Of a DNA stretch of 64,000 nucleotides, positions 25,085 to 37,085 are shown piece after piece. Position numbers and translations under genes: made by a program. Under the pieces are notes generated by a model that made no database searches, had not been told where the DNA came from, and was given only the letters and a program-made list of their open reading frames with translations. Positions within the stretch are counted from its first letter, which is position 1. Each line of letters begins with the position of its first letter. The stretch is from Heterodontus francisci (lineage: Eukaryota): positions 54,959,522-55,023,521 of the forward strand of contig NC_090397.1 of assembly GCF_036365525.1 (NCBI RefSeq). Direction: 5' to 3'.

Positions 25085-26350
25085 AGGCTAGGGTTGTTTT
25101 CCTTAGAACAGAGGCTGAGGGGTGACTTAATTGAGGTGTACAAAATTATGACGGGCCTAGATAGAGGAGATAGGAAGGACCTGTTTCCCCTAGCGGACAG
25201 GTCAATTACCAGGTGGCACAGATTTAAGGTCATTGGTAGAAGGATTAGAGAGGACATGAGGAAAAGCTTGATCACCCAGAGGGTAATGGATGTCTGGAAT
25301 TGCATATTTCCTTCCAGAATGTCCATTCACTCACAATCAAAGCCTTTGCCATCCGTTACATTATTGTCAATGATTGCACTGACATCCTGCCTTTGCTGAA
25401 GACTTGACTCAAAGGTGACAACACAAACCTTCCCCGCCTGCCAATAATTTCCTCCACCCAAATTGCAACAGTGGGACTGTGGCACTCGTCACCATTTAAA
25501 GCTCATAGAATTGAAGGCAAATTATTGACCTGGTTCGGAGATTGGTTGGGTTATAGAATATAGGAAGGAAGTGACTCATGGTGTCTGACAAGAATCTGTG
25601 CTGGGGCCTCAACTATTTACTACACTTATTAATAACCTAGATAAACAATAGAGAGCCATATATCCAAGTTTGCAGATGGCACGAAGACTGGTGGTATAAC
25701 AGTGTAGAGAGTAGCATAAAATTTTAAAAAGAAAAAAAAAGACTTGCATTTATTTTTCACAACTAATGCATGCCCAAAATGTTTACCAGCCAATGAACTA
25801 CTTTTGAAGTGTAGTCACTGTTGTACAGGAGGAAATGCGGCAGCTAATTTCTGTATAGCAAACTTCCACAAACAGTAATGTGATAATGACCAGATAATCT
25901 GCTTTTGTGATGTTGATTTGAGGGATAAATATTGGCCAGGACACTGGGGTTAACACCCTGGCTCTTCAAAGAGTGCCATGCTTTTACAAAATTATGACGG
26001 GCCTAGATAGAGGAGATAGGAAGGACCCGTTTCCCCTAGCGGACAGGTCAATTACCAGGCAGCACAGATTTAAGGTGATTGGTAGAGGGATTAGAGAGGA
26101 CATGAGAAAAGGCTTCATCACCCAGAGGGTAGTGGATGTCTGGAATTCACTGCCCGGATTGATAGTGGAGGCAGAAAACCTCAACTCATTTAAAAGGTAC
26201 CTGGAACTGCAGCTGAAGTGCTGTCACTTACGAGGTGACGGACCAGTTGCTGAAAGGTGGGATTAGATTGGGCAGCTAGTTTTTTCAGCTGACGCAGCTA
26301 CGATGGGATGAATGGCCTCTTTCTGTGCCATAACTTTTCTATGGGTCTAT
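25085..26350 (+). mobile_element. CR1 3' fragment interrupted by a templated insertion and partly duplicated
   Basis: RLGLFSLEQRLRGDLIEVYKIM... coding remnant. 25139-25301 is repeated at 25985-26147, and the tail ends near 26350. Confidence 0.9.
25301..25988 (+). repeat. Dispersed local duplication of 31086-31113 plus 32372-33028
   Basis: Near-identical colinear sequence from tgcatatttccttccagaatgtccattc to gagtgccatg..cttttaca. Confidence 0.95.
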
Positions 26351-26356
26351 GGTTCT

Positions 26357-27470
26357 AGGATGCAGCCAGAGGGAGGGAGGATGCAGTGGGCAGGGGGGGG
26401 GGGGGGGTGGGGAGGGAGGACGCAGTGGGCGGGGGGGGGGGGGGGGGTTGTGGAGAGGGAGGACGCAGCGAGGGGGGGAGGAGAGGGAGGACGCAGCGAG
26501 GGGGGGAGGAGAGGGAGGGCGCAGCGAGGGGGGGGAGGAGAGGGAGGGCGCAGCGAGGGGGGGGAGGAGAGGGAGGGCGCAGCGAGGGGGGGGAGGAGAG
26601 GGAGGGCGCGAGGGGGGGGAGGAGAGGGAGGGCGCAGCGAGGGGGGGGAGGGAGGGAGGACGCAGGGAGAGGGGGAGGGAGGGAGGACGCAGGGAGAGGG
26701 GGAGGGAGGGAGGACGCAGGGAGAGGGGGAGGGAGGGAGGACGCAGGGAGAGGGGGAGGGAGGGAGGACGCAGGGAGAGGGGGAGGGAGGGAGGACGCAG
26801 GGAGAGGGGGAGGGAGGGAGGACGCAGGGAGAGGGGGAGGACGCAGGGAGAGGGGGAGGACGCAGGGAGAGGGGGAGGACGCAGGGAGAGGGGGAGGGAG
26901 GGAGGACGCAGGGAGAGGGGGAGGGAGGGAGGACGCAGGGAGAGGGGGAGGGAGGGAGGACGCAGGGAGAGGGGGAGGGAGGGAGGACGCAGCCAGAGGG
27001 GGAGGGAGGGAGGACGCAGCCAGAGGGGGAGGGAGGGAGGACGCAGCGAGAGGGGGAGGGAGGGAGGACGCAGCGAGAGGGGGAGGGAGGGAGGACGCAG
27101 CGAGAGGGGGAGGGAGGGAGGACGCAGCGAGAGGGGGAGGGAGGGAGGACGCAGCGAGAGGGGGAGGGAGGGAGGACGCAGCGAGAGGGGGAGGGAGGGA
27201 GGACGCAGCGAGAGGGGGAGGGAGGGAGGACGCAGCGAGAGGGGGAGGGAGGGAGGACGCAGCGAGAGGGGGAGGGAGGGAGGACGCAGCGAGAGGGGGA
27301 GGGAGGGAGGACGCAGCGAGAGGGGGAGGGAGGGAGGACGCAGCGAGAGGGGGAGGGAGGGAGGACGCAGCGAGAGGGGGAGGATGCAGCAAGAGAGAGA
27401 AGGGGATGAGGTTGACACGAGAGAGTGGGGGGTCAACGAGAGAGGGAGAGGGGACAGCGAGGGGTGAGAG
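26357..27470. repeat. G-rich polypurine minisatellite (27-bp core GGACGCAGCGAGAGGGGGAGGGAGGGA with variants)
   Basis: Tandem 27-bp units on the right and 29-30-bp GGGCGCAGCGAG(n)AGGAGAGGGA variants on the left. T is almost absent on the + strand. Confidence 0.97.
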
Positions 27471-28621
27471 GGGACAGCAATACCGGAAATTCATATAACA
27501 TCTCTTCCCAACCCTCAGGGCAGCCTAAAACTGATGCAAGGAATTTCTAATTGCTGTCTTGTATAGCTGAACACAGCAGACATTTTGCACACTGCAATGT
27601 CCTGCAAAATGCAAAATCTGATGTGGTGAACTCCCAGCTCTTTTTTGAATACTTCCATGGAATCTTTAATCATCCACCAACAGGTAGGGGGGATCGGTGG
27701 GGGGGGGGGGGGGGGCGGGGGAGTGGGTGGGTGGGTGTGACTTATTGTCTTCTGTGAAGGATACCTCTGGCAGGGCATCACTCTCAGTACTGCTACATTA
27801 TAACAGCAAATACAATCTAAAATTGCTTCATTGGCTGTAAAGTGCTATGGGACATCATGAGGTCATAAAAGGTGCTATTTAAATGCAAAATGTTTCTTTC
27901 CTTTACTGTACTAGTGTCCCAGTTAGCTTATGTGCTCAAGTCCTGGAGTCAAGGAATCCTTACATTGAGAACTGGTGTGCAAGATGAGAGGATTAAGATT
28001 TTGAGAGACAAATAACCTGCTGGAAATCTTTGACAGTTGCTAGAGGTCTGGCAAATGTACAGATTTGTACAGAAATAACACTATTAAAAATTTATCTTTT
28101 TAAAGCTGTATAATTCTATAACTGGCATTCTTGGCAGCAGAAATACTATTACATTTCAGCACCAATAACCTGCCAAGCAAGACTACAATATACATATATA
28201 AGCAGTGAAGTATTACTTCTTAAATTGCGAAGTTCATGAATTTCGGCACGAATGACTAAGCAGATCACAGCTGCAGAGCAGCAGGTCTTAACGTGACATT
28301 CTTGGTGGCAAAATTATTCCAATGATTATTCTATCACCAACAATCCAAAAAGCATTTTTATTTAAAATGAACATTTATCTCATTCGTCTGTACTGGGTTA
28401 TTGGATCAGAGTATAGCAGCAGCAATTCCACAATGGGTTTCAGTATCCAAAGATGTATGTGGTGGGGAAAAAAATGGGAGGAAGAGGTAAAAAAAAAATC
28501 AGGATTCCCAGCACCTAAATTCCTGTTGGAAAGTGTGCGCGCTGCAGTATGGGTGCAATGCAAGTGCGTGAGAGACTGGGAGATTTGCCTGAAATACCCT
28601 CCAATAATCTGCTGACACCCT

Positions 28622-29669
28622 GGGTTCGATTTTTAGCCCCCATTGGGGCCAGCATTGGAGGTGGGTGGGTGCTAAAAAAGTGCTGCCAGCTGGCTTGCTG
28701 GTTCCCTGCTGGCTCCAACCCACCCCAGGTCATTTTCGTGGAGGTGGGATTGGGGGTGGGGGGGCGTGGAGGGGTAAGGGTGGCAGGGCTACCCTCCCGC
28801 ACATAGCAGATAGTCAATCCGGCTTGTTAAGGGCCACTTAAAGCCAATTAAAGGAGGCCAACTAGGATTTTCCAGTCGGCCTCCAGGTTCCCGCAGACAA
28901 GAGGCCAGTGCAGCTGCCTGGAGGTAGTCCCCCGGCAGCAAACCGGGAGGCCAGTGCTCCAAAAGGCTTAGAAGTCCCGCCAGCCTGGGTTCAGCAGTAG
29001 ACACAGGCCACCATGTAGAGGGGCTCTGCCCCTCACAGTGCTGGCCTGACTGCAGAAGCCATTTTTAATTTAAACTTTATTTTACAGTGGCGCAGTGGTT
29101 AGCACCACAGCCTCACAGCTCCAGGGACCCGGGTTCAATTCTGGGTACTGCCTGTGCGGAGTTTGCAAGTTCTCCCTGTGACCGCGTGGGTTTTCGCTGG
29201 GTGCTCCGGTTTCCTCCCACAGCCAAAGACTTGCAGGTTATAGGTAAATTGGCCATTGTAAATTGCCCCTAGTGTAGGTAGGTGGTAGGGAATATGGGAT
29301 TACTGTAGGGTTAGTATAAATGGGTGGTTGTTGGTCGGCACAGACTCGGTGGGCCGAAGGGCATGTTTCAGTGCTGTATCTCTAAATAAAAAAAATAAAC
29401 AAACAAACTTGCAGGGAGTCTCCCTCTTGCTTACTCACGTGCCATCGCAGTGTCATGCTGCTTTCAAGCTGGAAGGCCTCTGATCGGCTCTCTAGCTTCG
29501 AGAGTTCGCCCTCCCCCATCCTTAATTGGACAGTGAGCCTGCCCTCTGGCCATTAACTGGCTGCTCTGGGGAAAATTGCATTGAATGACTGTTTCTCACG
29601 CAGTGTGGGCTTCTGATCCCAACTTGAGCCTGACTGAAGGGTTCAGAAGCCCACAGGGGAAATCAGCCC
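28622..29669. mobile_element. Putative non-autonomous DNA transposon (MITE-like), host of an HE1 SINE
   Basis: Imperfect terminal inverted repeats GGGTTCGATTT / AAATCAGCCC. Internal CCAATTAA and CCTTAATTGG motifs shared with 44665-45370. Confidence 0.5.
29084..29408 (+). mobile_element. Nearly full-length HE1-type V-SINE
   Basis: tRNA-like head with A box TGGCGCAGTGG and B box GGTTCAATTC, central V-domain (ggtgctccggtttcctcccac), CR1-derived tail and A-rich end. Confidence 0.9.
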
Positions 29670-31113
29670 ACTCAGTCTAGGTCCATGCATGAGGCATTGA
29701 TCGGCAGGAACCATATCCTAATAGAAGTCAGCACCTCTGGAGACGGTCGTCAGGGAAAAAGACTTGCCAAAAAAAGGCCACCAAAATGCAACATATTTTT
29801 ATTCAAAGTTGTGTAACATTTCTGCCAGCCTGAGATTTTCTATCATCCAGGCCATGACCACCACGATAGTACAGGCACAAGCACTCACTAGCAGAGAGTG
29901 CATGGAGATAGGTAAGATTGGCCATGTTGAGTGCATGATGCCCACAAACTGATTTTGTACTAGTAATTTTCAATTACTAGTTTCAGACTGGATGAAGGAA
30001 AGACAGCTGCTTTCAATTATGACAGCATACTGCTCCCCTTACAGCCACGACTTCAGGTCCTATTTAATACAATGTCCTTGCTAATAAGACCCTGAGGAAA
30101 AATGAGAACTATTCTCCATTTGAATCTTGTTCCTCAACATAATGGATATACTGCAAGAATTTCCACAGCTGGGCGCATGACAAGAAGCTCTTTCATGACA
30201 TAACCCCAACCCCGCAGGACACATTAGTAGGGCTTCCCCAGAGAGACTTTCAGCATGATACTGTACCTGGAAAGCTCAAGCCCATTTCCCCTTGGTGTAC
30301 ACACAGCTATTTTCCCCAGAGTTGACTTTAAGTGAACTGTCATCTGCTGCCGTCAAACATGCCATGTGCTGCACATAAAGCAAGGTCTCTCAGAGGTGAG
30401 CTCAGTGAATTTCCTCTTCACATATCAGTTATGCGGCTGTGCATTGCTGAAAGGACTCCCCAGAGATAGTAACCATGAACTGCTCTTTCCTTTTCTGCTT
30501 TTTAAATCCACTGCAATCTCATAAAAATGAAACCTACAGGGCATGTTTATGGAATAATGTTTCCAGACACTGTGGAAAGGTGACATCTTCACTTTTTAAA
30601 CCCATGTACAAAGCTAGTCAGTAAGTCTGTCCTTGAGTGAGAGAGGGTGGTTAAGACAGCATCAGTTTTTGGGGCAGTGCAAGAGGAGGGAGAGAAACAC
30701 AGGTCTCATCGAGCCTGGATTGTGTTAAGTCTTTTACTGGCTCAGACCAGTTTTGATTTATCCTCATGTAGAGCAAACCCCTTATGCCTCTCTACCCTAA
30801 CCCATCATTACTGCTCTGTCTTCCTATTCTCCATCAACCCAGCCTTGAATGTTCCTTGGATAAGCCCACTGCTCCCCCCTGTGCCCCCTCTTGGCATTCT
30901 CTGAAAGGTTCACAGAAACATTCATCAATGCCTCATCAGCAACAACCCCAGTTGCCTCACCATATTTTCCTAACTTTCCTGCTCGGCACACCTGCCGGGG
31001 ACAAACCTTGCCAAACTGATTTCCAGCCTGCTCCCATCACCCACCATTCTTGGATCTGTGTCAGTGAATCAATAATCACCATCACTGCATATTTCCTTCC
31101 AGAATGTCCATTC

Positions 31114-32373
31114 TCTTCTTTGGCCTCCTTATCTCGAGAGAAAATGGATAAACGCCTGGAGGTGGTCAGTGGTTTGTGAAGCAGCGCCTGGAGTGGCTAT
31201 AAAGGCCAATTCTAGAGTGACAGGCTCTTCCACAGGTGCTGCAGAGAAATTTGTTTGACGGGGCTGTTACACAGTTGGCTCGCCCCTTGCGCCTCTGTCT
31301 TTTTTCCTGCCAACTACTAAGTCTCTTCGACTCGCCACACTTTACCTCCGTCTTTATGGCTGCCCGCCAGCTCTGGCGAACGCTGGCAATGACTCCCACG
31401 ACTTGTGATCAATGTCACAGGATTTCATGTCGCGTTTGCAGACGTCTTTAAAGCGGAGACATGGACGGCCGGTGGGTCTGATACCAGTGGCGAGCTCGCT
31501 GTACAATGTGTCTTTGGGGATCCTGCCATCTTCCATGTGGCTCACATGGCCAAGCCATCTCAAGCGCCGCTGACTCAGTAGTGTGTATAAGCTGGGGATG
31601 TTGGCCACCTCGAGGACTTCTGTGTTGGAGATATGGTCCTGTCACCTGATGCCAAGTATTCTCAGGAGGCAGCGCAGATGGAATGAATTGAGACGTCGCT
31701 CTTGGCTGACATACGTTGTCCAGGTCTCGCTGCCATAGAGCAAGGTACTGAGGACACAGGCCCGATACACTCGGACCTTTGCGTTCCGTGTCAGTGCGCC
31801 ATTTTCCCACACTCTCTTGGCCAGTCTGGACATAGCAGTGGAAGCCTTTCCCATGCGCTTGTTGATATCTGCATCTAGAGACAGGTTACTGGGGATAGTT
31901 GAGCCTAGGTAGGTGAACTCTTGAACCACTTCCAGAGCGTGGTCGCCAATATTGATGGATGGAGCATTTCTGACGTCCTGCCCCATGATGTTCGTTTTCT
32001 TGAGGCTGATGGTTAGGCCAAATTCATTGCAGGCAGCCGCAAACCTGTCGATGAGACTCTGCAGGCACTCTTCAGTGTGAGATGTTAAAGCAGCATTGTC
32101 AGCAAAGAGGAGTTCCCTGATGAGGACTTTCCGTACTTTGGACTTCGCTCTTAGACGGGCAAGGTTGAACAACCTGCCCCCTGATCTTGTGTGGAGGAAA
32201 ATTCCTTCTTCAGAGGACTTGAACGCATGTGAAAGCAGTAGGGAGAAGAAAATCCCAAAAAGTGTGGGTGTGAGAACACAGCCCTGTTTCACGCCACTCA
32301 GGATAGGAAAGGGGTCTGATGAGGAGCCACCATGTTGAATTGTGCCTTTCATATTGTCATGGAATGAGGTGAT
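31114..32373 (-). mobile_element. Young 5'-truncated RTE-clade LINE
   Basis: ORF 31642-32388 (GVKQGCVLTPTLF, ELLFADNAAL, FTYLGS) continues in frame past one TGA into RLRWLGHV, then a C2H2-like CSTCGRACHSRIGLYSH and a GAAGA tail. Confidence 0.95.
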
Positions 32374-32524
32374 CGAAGCCCTTGCCATCCATTACATTAT
32401 TGTCAATGATTGCACTGACATCCTGCCTTTGCTGAAGACTTGACTCAAAGGTGACAACACAAACCTTCCCCGCCTGCCAATAATTTCCTCCACCCAAATT
32501 GCAACAGCGGGACTGTGGCACTCG

Positions 32525-33915
32525 TCACCATTTAAAGCTCATAGAATTGAAGGCAAATTATTGACCTGGTTCGGAGATTGGTTGGGTTATAGAATATAGG
32601 AAGGAAGTGACTCATGGTGTCTGACAAGAATCTGTGCTGGGGCCTCAACTATTTACTACACTTATTAATAACCTAGATAAACAATAGAGAGCCATATATC
32701 CAAGTTTGCAGATGGCACGAAGACTGGTGGCATAACAGTGTAGAGAGTAGCATAAAATTTTAAAAAGAAAAAAAAAGACTTGCATTTATTTTTCACAACT
32801 ACTGGATGCCCAAAATGTTTCACAGCCAATGAACTACTTTTGAAGTGTAGTCACTGTTGTACAGGAGGAAATGCGGCAGCCAATTTCTGTATAGCAAACT
32901 CCCACAAACAGTAATGTGATAATGACCAGATAATCTGCTTTTGTGATGTTGATTTGAGGGATACATATTGGCCAGGACACTGGGGTTAACACCCTGGCTC
33001 TTCAAAGAGTGCCATGGGATCTTTTACATCCACCTGAGGGGGCAGGTCGGTTTAACATCTCATTCGAAAGACAAAGGGACTTAGAGGGAGTAAGTGAGTG
33101 GGCAAAACTGAAGCAGATGGATTTCAACACAGGCAAGTATTAGATCATCCATTCTGGACCAAAAAAACATAGATTTGAGTATTATTTAAGTGGTGAAAAG
33201 CTAGAACAGTGGGGGTCCAAAAAGGTTCAGGGGTCCATGTACATGGATCACTAAAATGTAGTAGTCAAGTACAAAAAATAATCAAAAAGGCCAATGGAAT
33301 GTTTGCCTCCATAACTAGAGGATAAAGGAGAGGAAGTTTTGCTCCAGCTGTATAAAGCCCTGGTTAGACTACATCTGGAATACTGTGTAGTTCTGGGCAC
33401 CACACTTTAGGAATGACATAATGGCCTTGAAAGTCGTCCAGCAAAGATTTACCATAATGTTACAGGGCTCCAAGGTTAGATTATGAAGAGAGATTACATA
33501 AACTAGGTTTGTATTCCCCAGATTATAGAAAGTTAAGGGGTGATTTGTTTGAGGTTTTAAGGATTTTGAAAGGAATTGACAGTGTAGATAGTGAGAAACT
33601 TTTTCTGCTGGTGTGGGAAGTCTCTGACAAGGGGACATAATCTTAAAATCAGAGCCTGGCCATTCAGGAGGCAAGTTAGGAAACATCTCTTCACGCTGAG
33701 TAGGAAAGTGTGAAACTCTCTGCCGCATAAAAGCAGTGGATGATAGCTCAATTAATTTTAAATCTGAGATTGAGATTGATAAGATTTTCGTGAGATAAGG
33801 ATATTAAATGGATGGAGTTAAGGCAGATGGATTGAGTTACAGATCAGCCATAAACTCACTGAATGGCAGAACAAGCTTGAGGTGCTGAATGGCCGACTTC
33901 TGTTCCTACGTGCTT
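32525..33915 (+). mobile_element. Old CR1 RT/3' fragment split by a minus-strand Deu-type SINE (32770-33072)
   Basis: KAHRIEG, SKFADGTK and LVRLHLEYCV remnants plus a CR1 tail. The SINE lies between 32770 and 33072. Confidence 0.8.
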
Positions 33916-34900
33916 ATCACCATGTCACACTGTTGGCCTCTCTGCTGCCACCTTTTCTTCCCTTAAGCACACCTCTTGCCTCTTATTTAAAATTCTCGTT
34001 ATCTATACTCCACTCCAATACTGCACCAAGTATCTCACTGATATATCTTCATTTAGCCTCTGCACTGAGTGACCCCTAATTCATGATCCCTCAGCCCACC
34101 AAGAATGACCAGAATAAGTGAGATTTATCAGCTCTTACAGAAAAACAATACTATTATCTCCTCTTGATTTAGACTAATCTAGATACAAAAAGCTCCACAT
34201 GCACATACACTATAAAGTTTTCCTGACTAGAACAGGAATTGTCAACTCTAGATATCTGGGAGAACTCCAGATATTTTGTCTCGTGCCCAACACAAAGAAT
34301 AGCTTCCAAAAACAAGCCCATGCTTTCAATAACCTCCAGAGATCTCTGACTGAGCAGCCAACACTCTGTAGACTGTAGATCTCAGGCTACAAACTACAAG
34401 TCATAGAACAGCAGATTTTACTAGATGACACAATTTAAAGAATTTATCTAATTCTCAATTCCGGTTTCAGAATAAAAAGCCTCAAAAACCTGCTCAATCT
34501 CTGCAGTATTACACTTTTTTGGATCAATTTATGTGATACAAAGCTTATGTGAAACTGAATAATCATGGCGAGTTTTACTAACCCCAGCCTGTTCGCTACC
34601 TGAAGCAGCAGGGCATCATCTACTGGCAGTTGGGCGGTGGGGGGCGGGGTGCTGTGGGGAGAAATGTGAAGGGTTGGCAGGATTACATCATTTATATATC
34701 AATTTAATCATCCCCAGCTCCAATTCTCCCCAACAACCTATCTGAAAATTCCAGACCAATTATCTAATACCATCACTTCTGCTGTAGATGGCTAATATTA
34801 GTAACTAGCAAAAGAAAGGAATTGTGGCACCTCACAGGCTCTCTCATATCTATCAGATGGCTTAACTGTCCTGTTTGAAAGGAGTATGTTATGTGCAATA

Positions 34901-35000
34901 GTGGGATTAGTGTAGGATTAGTATAAATGTTTGGTTGATGGTCGGCACAGACTCGGTGGGCCGAAGGGCCTGTTTCAGTGCTGTATCTCTAATCTAATCT
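34901..35000 (+). mobile_element. HE1 SINE 3' fragment
   Basis: Same tail as 12591-12764, but ending in (TAATC)n. Confidence 0.85.
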
Positions 35001-35414
35001 ATTGGGGCATTATGACTTACCGTGCTCATTAATGTAGTCTCCATACAAGGTTACCAAATTTATCAGCATTCCATTCAATGCAATTTGTATTTTTCAATTT
35101 CACTATTTTAAGTTCATGAAAACATGTCAGTGGATACAGGGTGGATGGATGCCCTACTCCATTGCCCTTAGTCAATACCACCTTTAAACTAGATAAATGG
35201 CAAGTTCTCCACAGCTCCTTCCTTGTGGAGAAACTAGAGAAAGATCCAAGTTCAGGGCGAGGACAGGGAGGAACCTTAAAACAAGTCTGGCCCAGTGAGC
35301 CAGGAGACAGGCAGAGGCAGCTGATCGGATGGTCTCAATCTTAGTGACTAAGAAGTCCATGAGCTCCTGCACTTCTTGTTGAAGTGACGGTGCAGGAGAC
35401 AGCGAGAGGGGTTT

Positions 35415-35990
35415 AACATAGAAACACAGAAAATAGGAGAAGGAGTAGGCTATTCGGCCCTGCTCCGCCATTCAAAAAATCATGGCTGATCATCCAATTC
35501 AGTACCCCGTTCCCACTTTCTCCTCATATCCCTTTGGCATTAATATATCTATCTCCTTCCTGTATATATTTAATGACTTGGCCTCCACTGCCTTCTGTGG
35601 TAGAGAATTCCACAGGTTCACCACCCTCTGAGTGAAGAATACAGTTCGCAGTAGAGAAAAGAATCTGGGGGTTATCATTGCAGTCTAGGATGATCCTGTA
35701 ATAGTGAGTCATTTTGGCAGATCAGAGTAGGATCTGATAGTGCTTTATGTGGTCCAGCCAGATCTGCAGGTGAATGGCTAAACCAGTTGTTCGGCATATC
35801 CGTTAAAGTCGGTGCCCCCTGAACTTAAGGGAGTGGAGATGAGGATGGAACAGCCAGGCTGAGAGAAATGTTTTAATAGGGGCTAGGGCATCGAAGGTGG
35901 AGATGAGGTTGAGCCGATCAATAGTTTCAGAAATGTGAAGAGGACCAAGACTAGACAGTTGGGATTTTGAAAGTGCAGTTGTAAGTAAGT
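35415..35990 (-). mobile_element. CR1 3' tail (35415-35638) inside an L2 fragment (35290-35415 and 35638-35990)
   Basis: The CR1 tail acatagaaacacagaaaatagg matches 60796. L2-like HYYRIILDCNDNPQILFSTAN and DFLVTKIETIRSA lie on the minus strand. Confidence 0.7.
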
Positions 35991-36354
35991 TCTAATGCAA
36001 CACATCACTTTGCAGGAATGGAGCTCAAATTATCAGACAATACTCGAAACTTAGCCATACCAATAAATCAAAGCTAAACTAACCTGTTTCAGCCTATAAT
36101 TAGACTAGATACATCCTTAACTTGTTAGCTACAAGGATTGGTTGATAATACATTCAAATCCTTTTCTTTGCTAATATGAGATCCATTCATTGTGGACCTG
36201 CTTCTTATTATTTATTATATTACACCAAAATCTGCCAATCTATTGAAAATCACATTTGCAAAAGTGGCTTTTTAAAGATAGCCAATATAAATCATAAAAC
36301 TCTTTTCATTTGAATTATTCTCCTCTCAAGTTTCTCCCAATCCCTCCCAAAGAA

Positions 36355-36745
36355 AGAGAGAACTTGCTTTTGTATAGTAGTTTGGGGAAATTACAAAGCT
36401 CTTCAATGAATTACTTTTGAAGTGTGGTCATTGTCCTTTTGTAGATGAACATGGCACAGCAAGGTTACACAAATAACAATTCAGCTAAATGATCAGCTCA
36501 TCGTTGGTGCTGGTTCGGGAGAAATTTTAGTGAGCAGACTGGAAGAATTCCTGCTCTTCAAATATTGTGCCATAGGATCTTTATTGTCCACTAAGCAGGA
36601 AGCAGAGTCTCAGTTTAACGTCTTATCTGAAAGACAACATACCTGAAAATGTGTCACTTCCTCAGTACTTCATTAAAGTGTCAGCCCAAATGACAAACCC
36701 ACAACTTCTAACTCAGAGGCAAGAATGTTAACTAAGACATGGTGT
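36355..36745 (-). mobile_element. Degenerate Deu-type SINE
   Basis: ggatcttttattgtccac..gtttaacgtcttatctgaaagac..cctcagtact..aacccacaac. Confidence 0.7.
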
Positions 36746-36764
36746 CACTTGATACTTACCTAGA

Positions 36765-37085
36765 TGGCCATTATTCATCTGTAAATCCAGACAACTGTTG
36801 ACAGGCTATTCAACTGTGGAAGCAGCACAACCAAGCCTAATCCTGTCCTCCTCTGCTGTCCACAGTACAAACTTTCTAGTGGGGATACTGAGCAGTGATA
36901 AGGGGAGGGACTGACTTCTGAATTTTGCCCTCCTCTAGTCCTGAGGTGCTTGGGCCAACTGTAGCACTGCTAATGCCTTGCTTGAATTCATCTGACAATG
37001 GTATAAATTGGAAATCAAATATGGGAGCCACCTTGTCTGTACAGCTTTGTATTATGTTGGGGGGGTGACTTTACCCACTAAACAA
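36765..37085 (-). mobile_element. Ancient unclassified tRNA-SINE-like element
   Basis: Shares motifs (atggcc..attcat, atcctgtcctc, ggccaactgtagc) with short relics at about 1170-1260, 17650-17730 and 48260-48440. Confidence 0.4.

Noticed and set aside
26640-27380. Regular repeat array that could be mistaken for CRISPR
   Set aside because: Head-to-tail units without unique spacers, no cas genes, eukaryotic context.
26312-27498. Five overlapping 365-379 aa ORFs on both strands
   Set aside because: Artefact of a stop-free 27-bp minisatellite; low-complexity translations.
29084-29160. tRNA-like sequence with A and B boxes
   Set aside because: It is the head of an HE1 SINE, continuous with the SINE body, not a tRNA gene.
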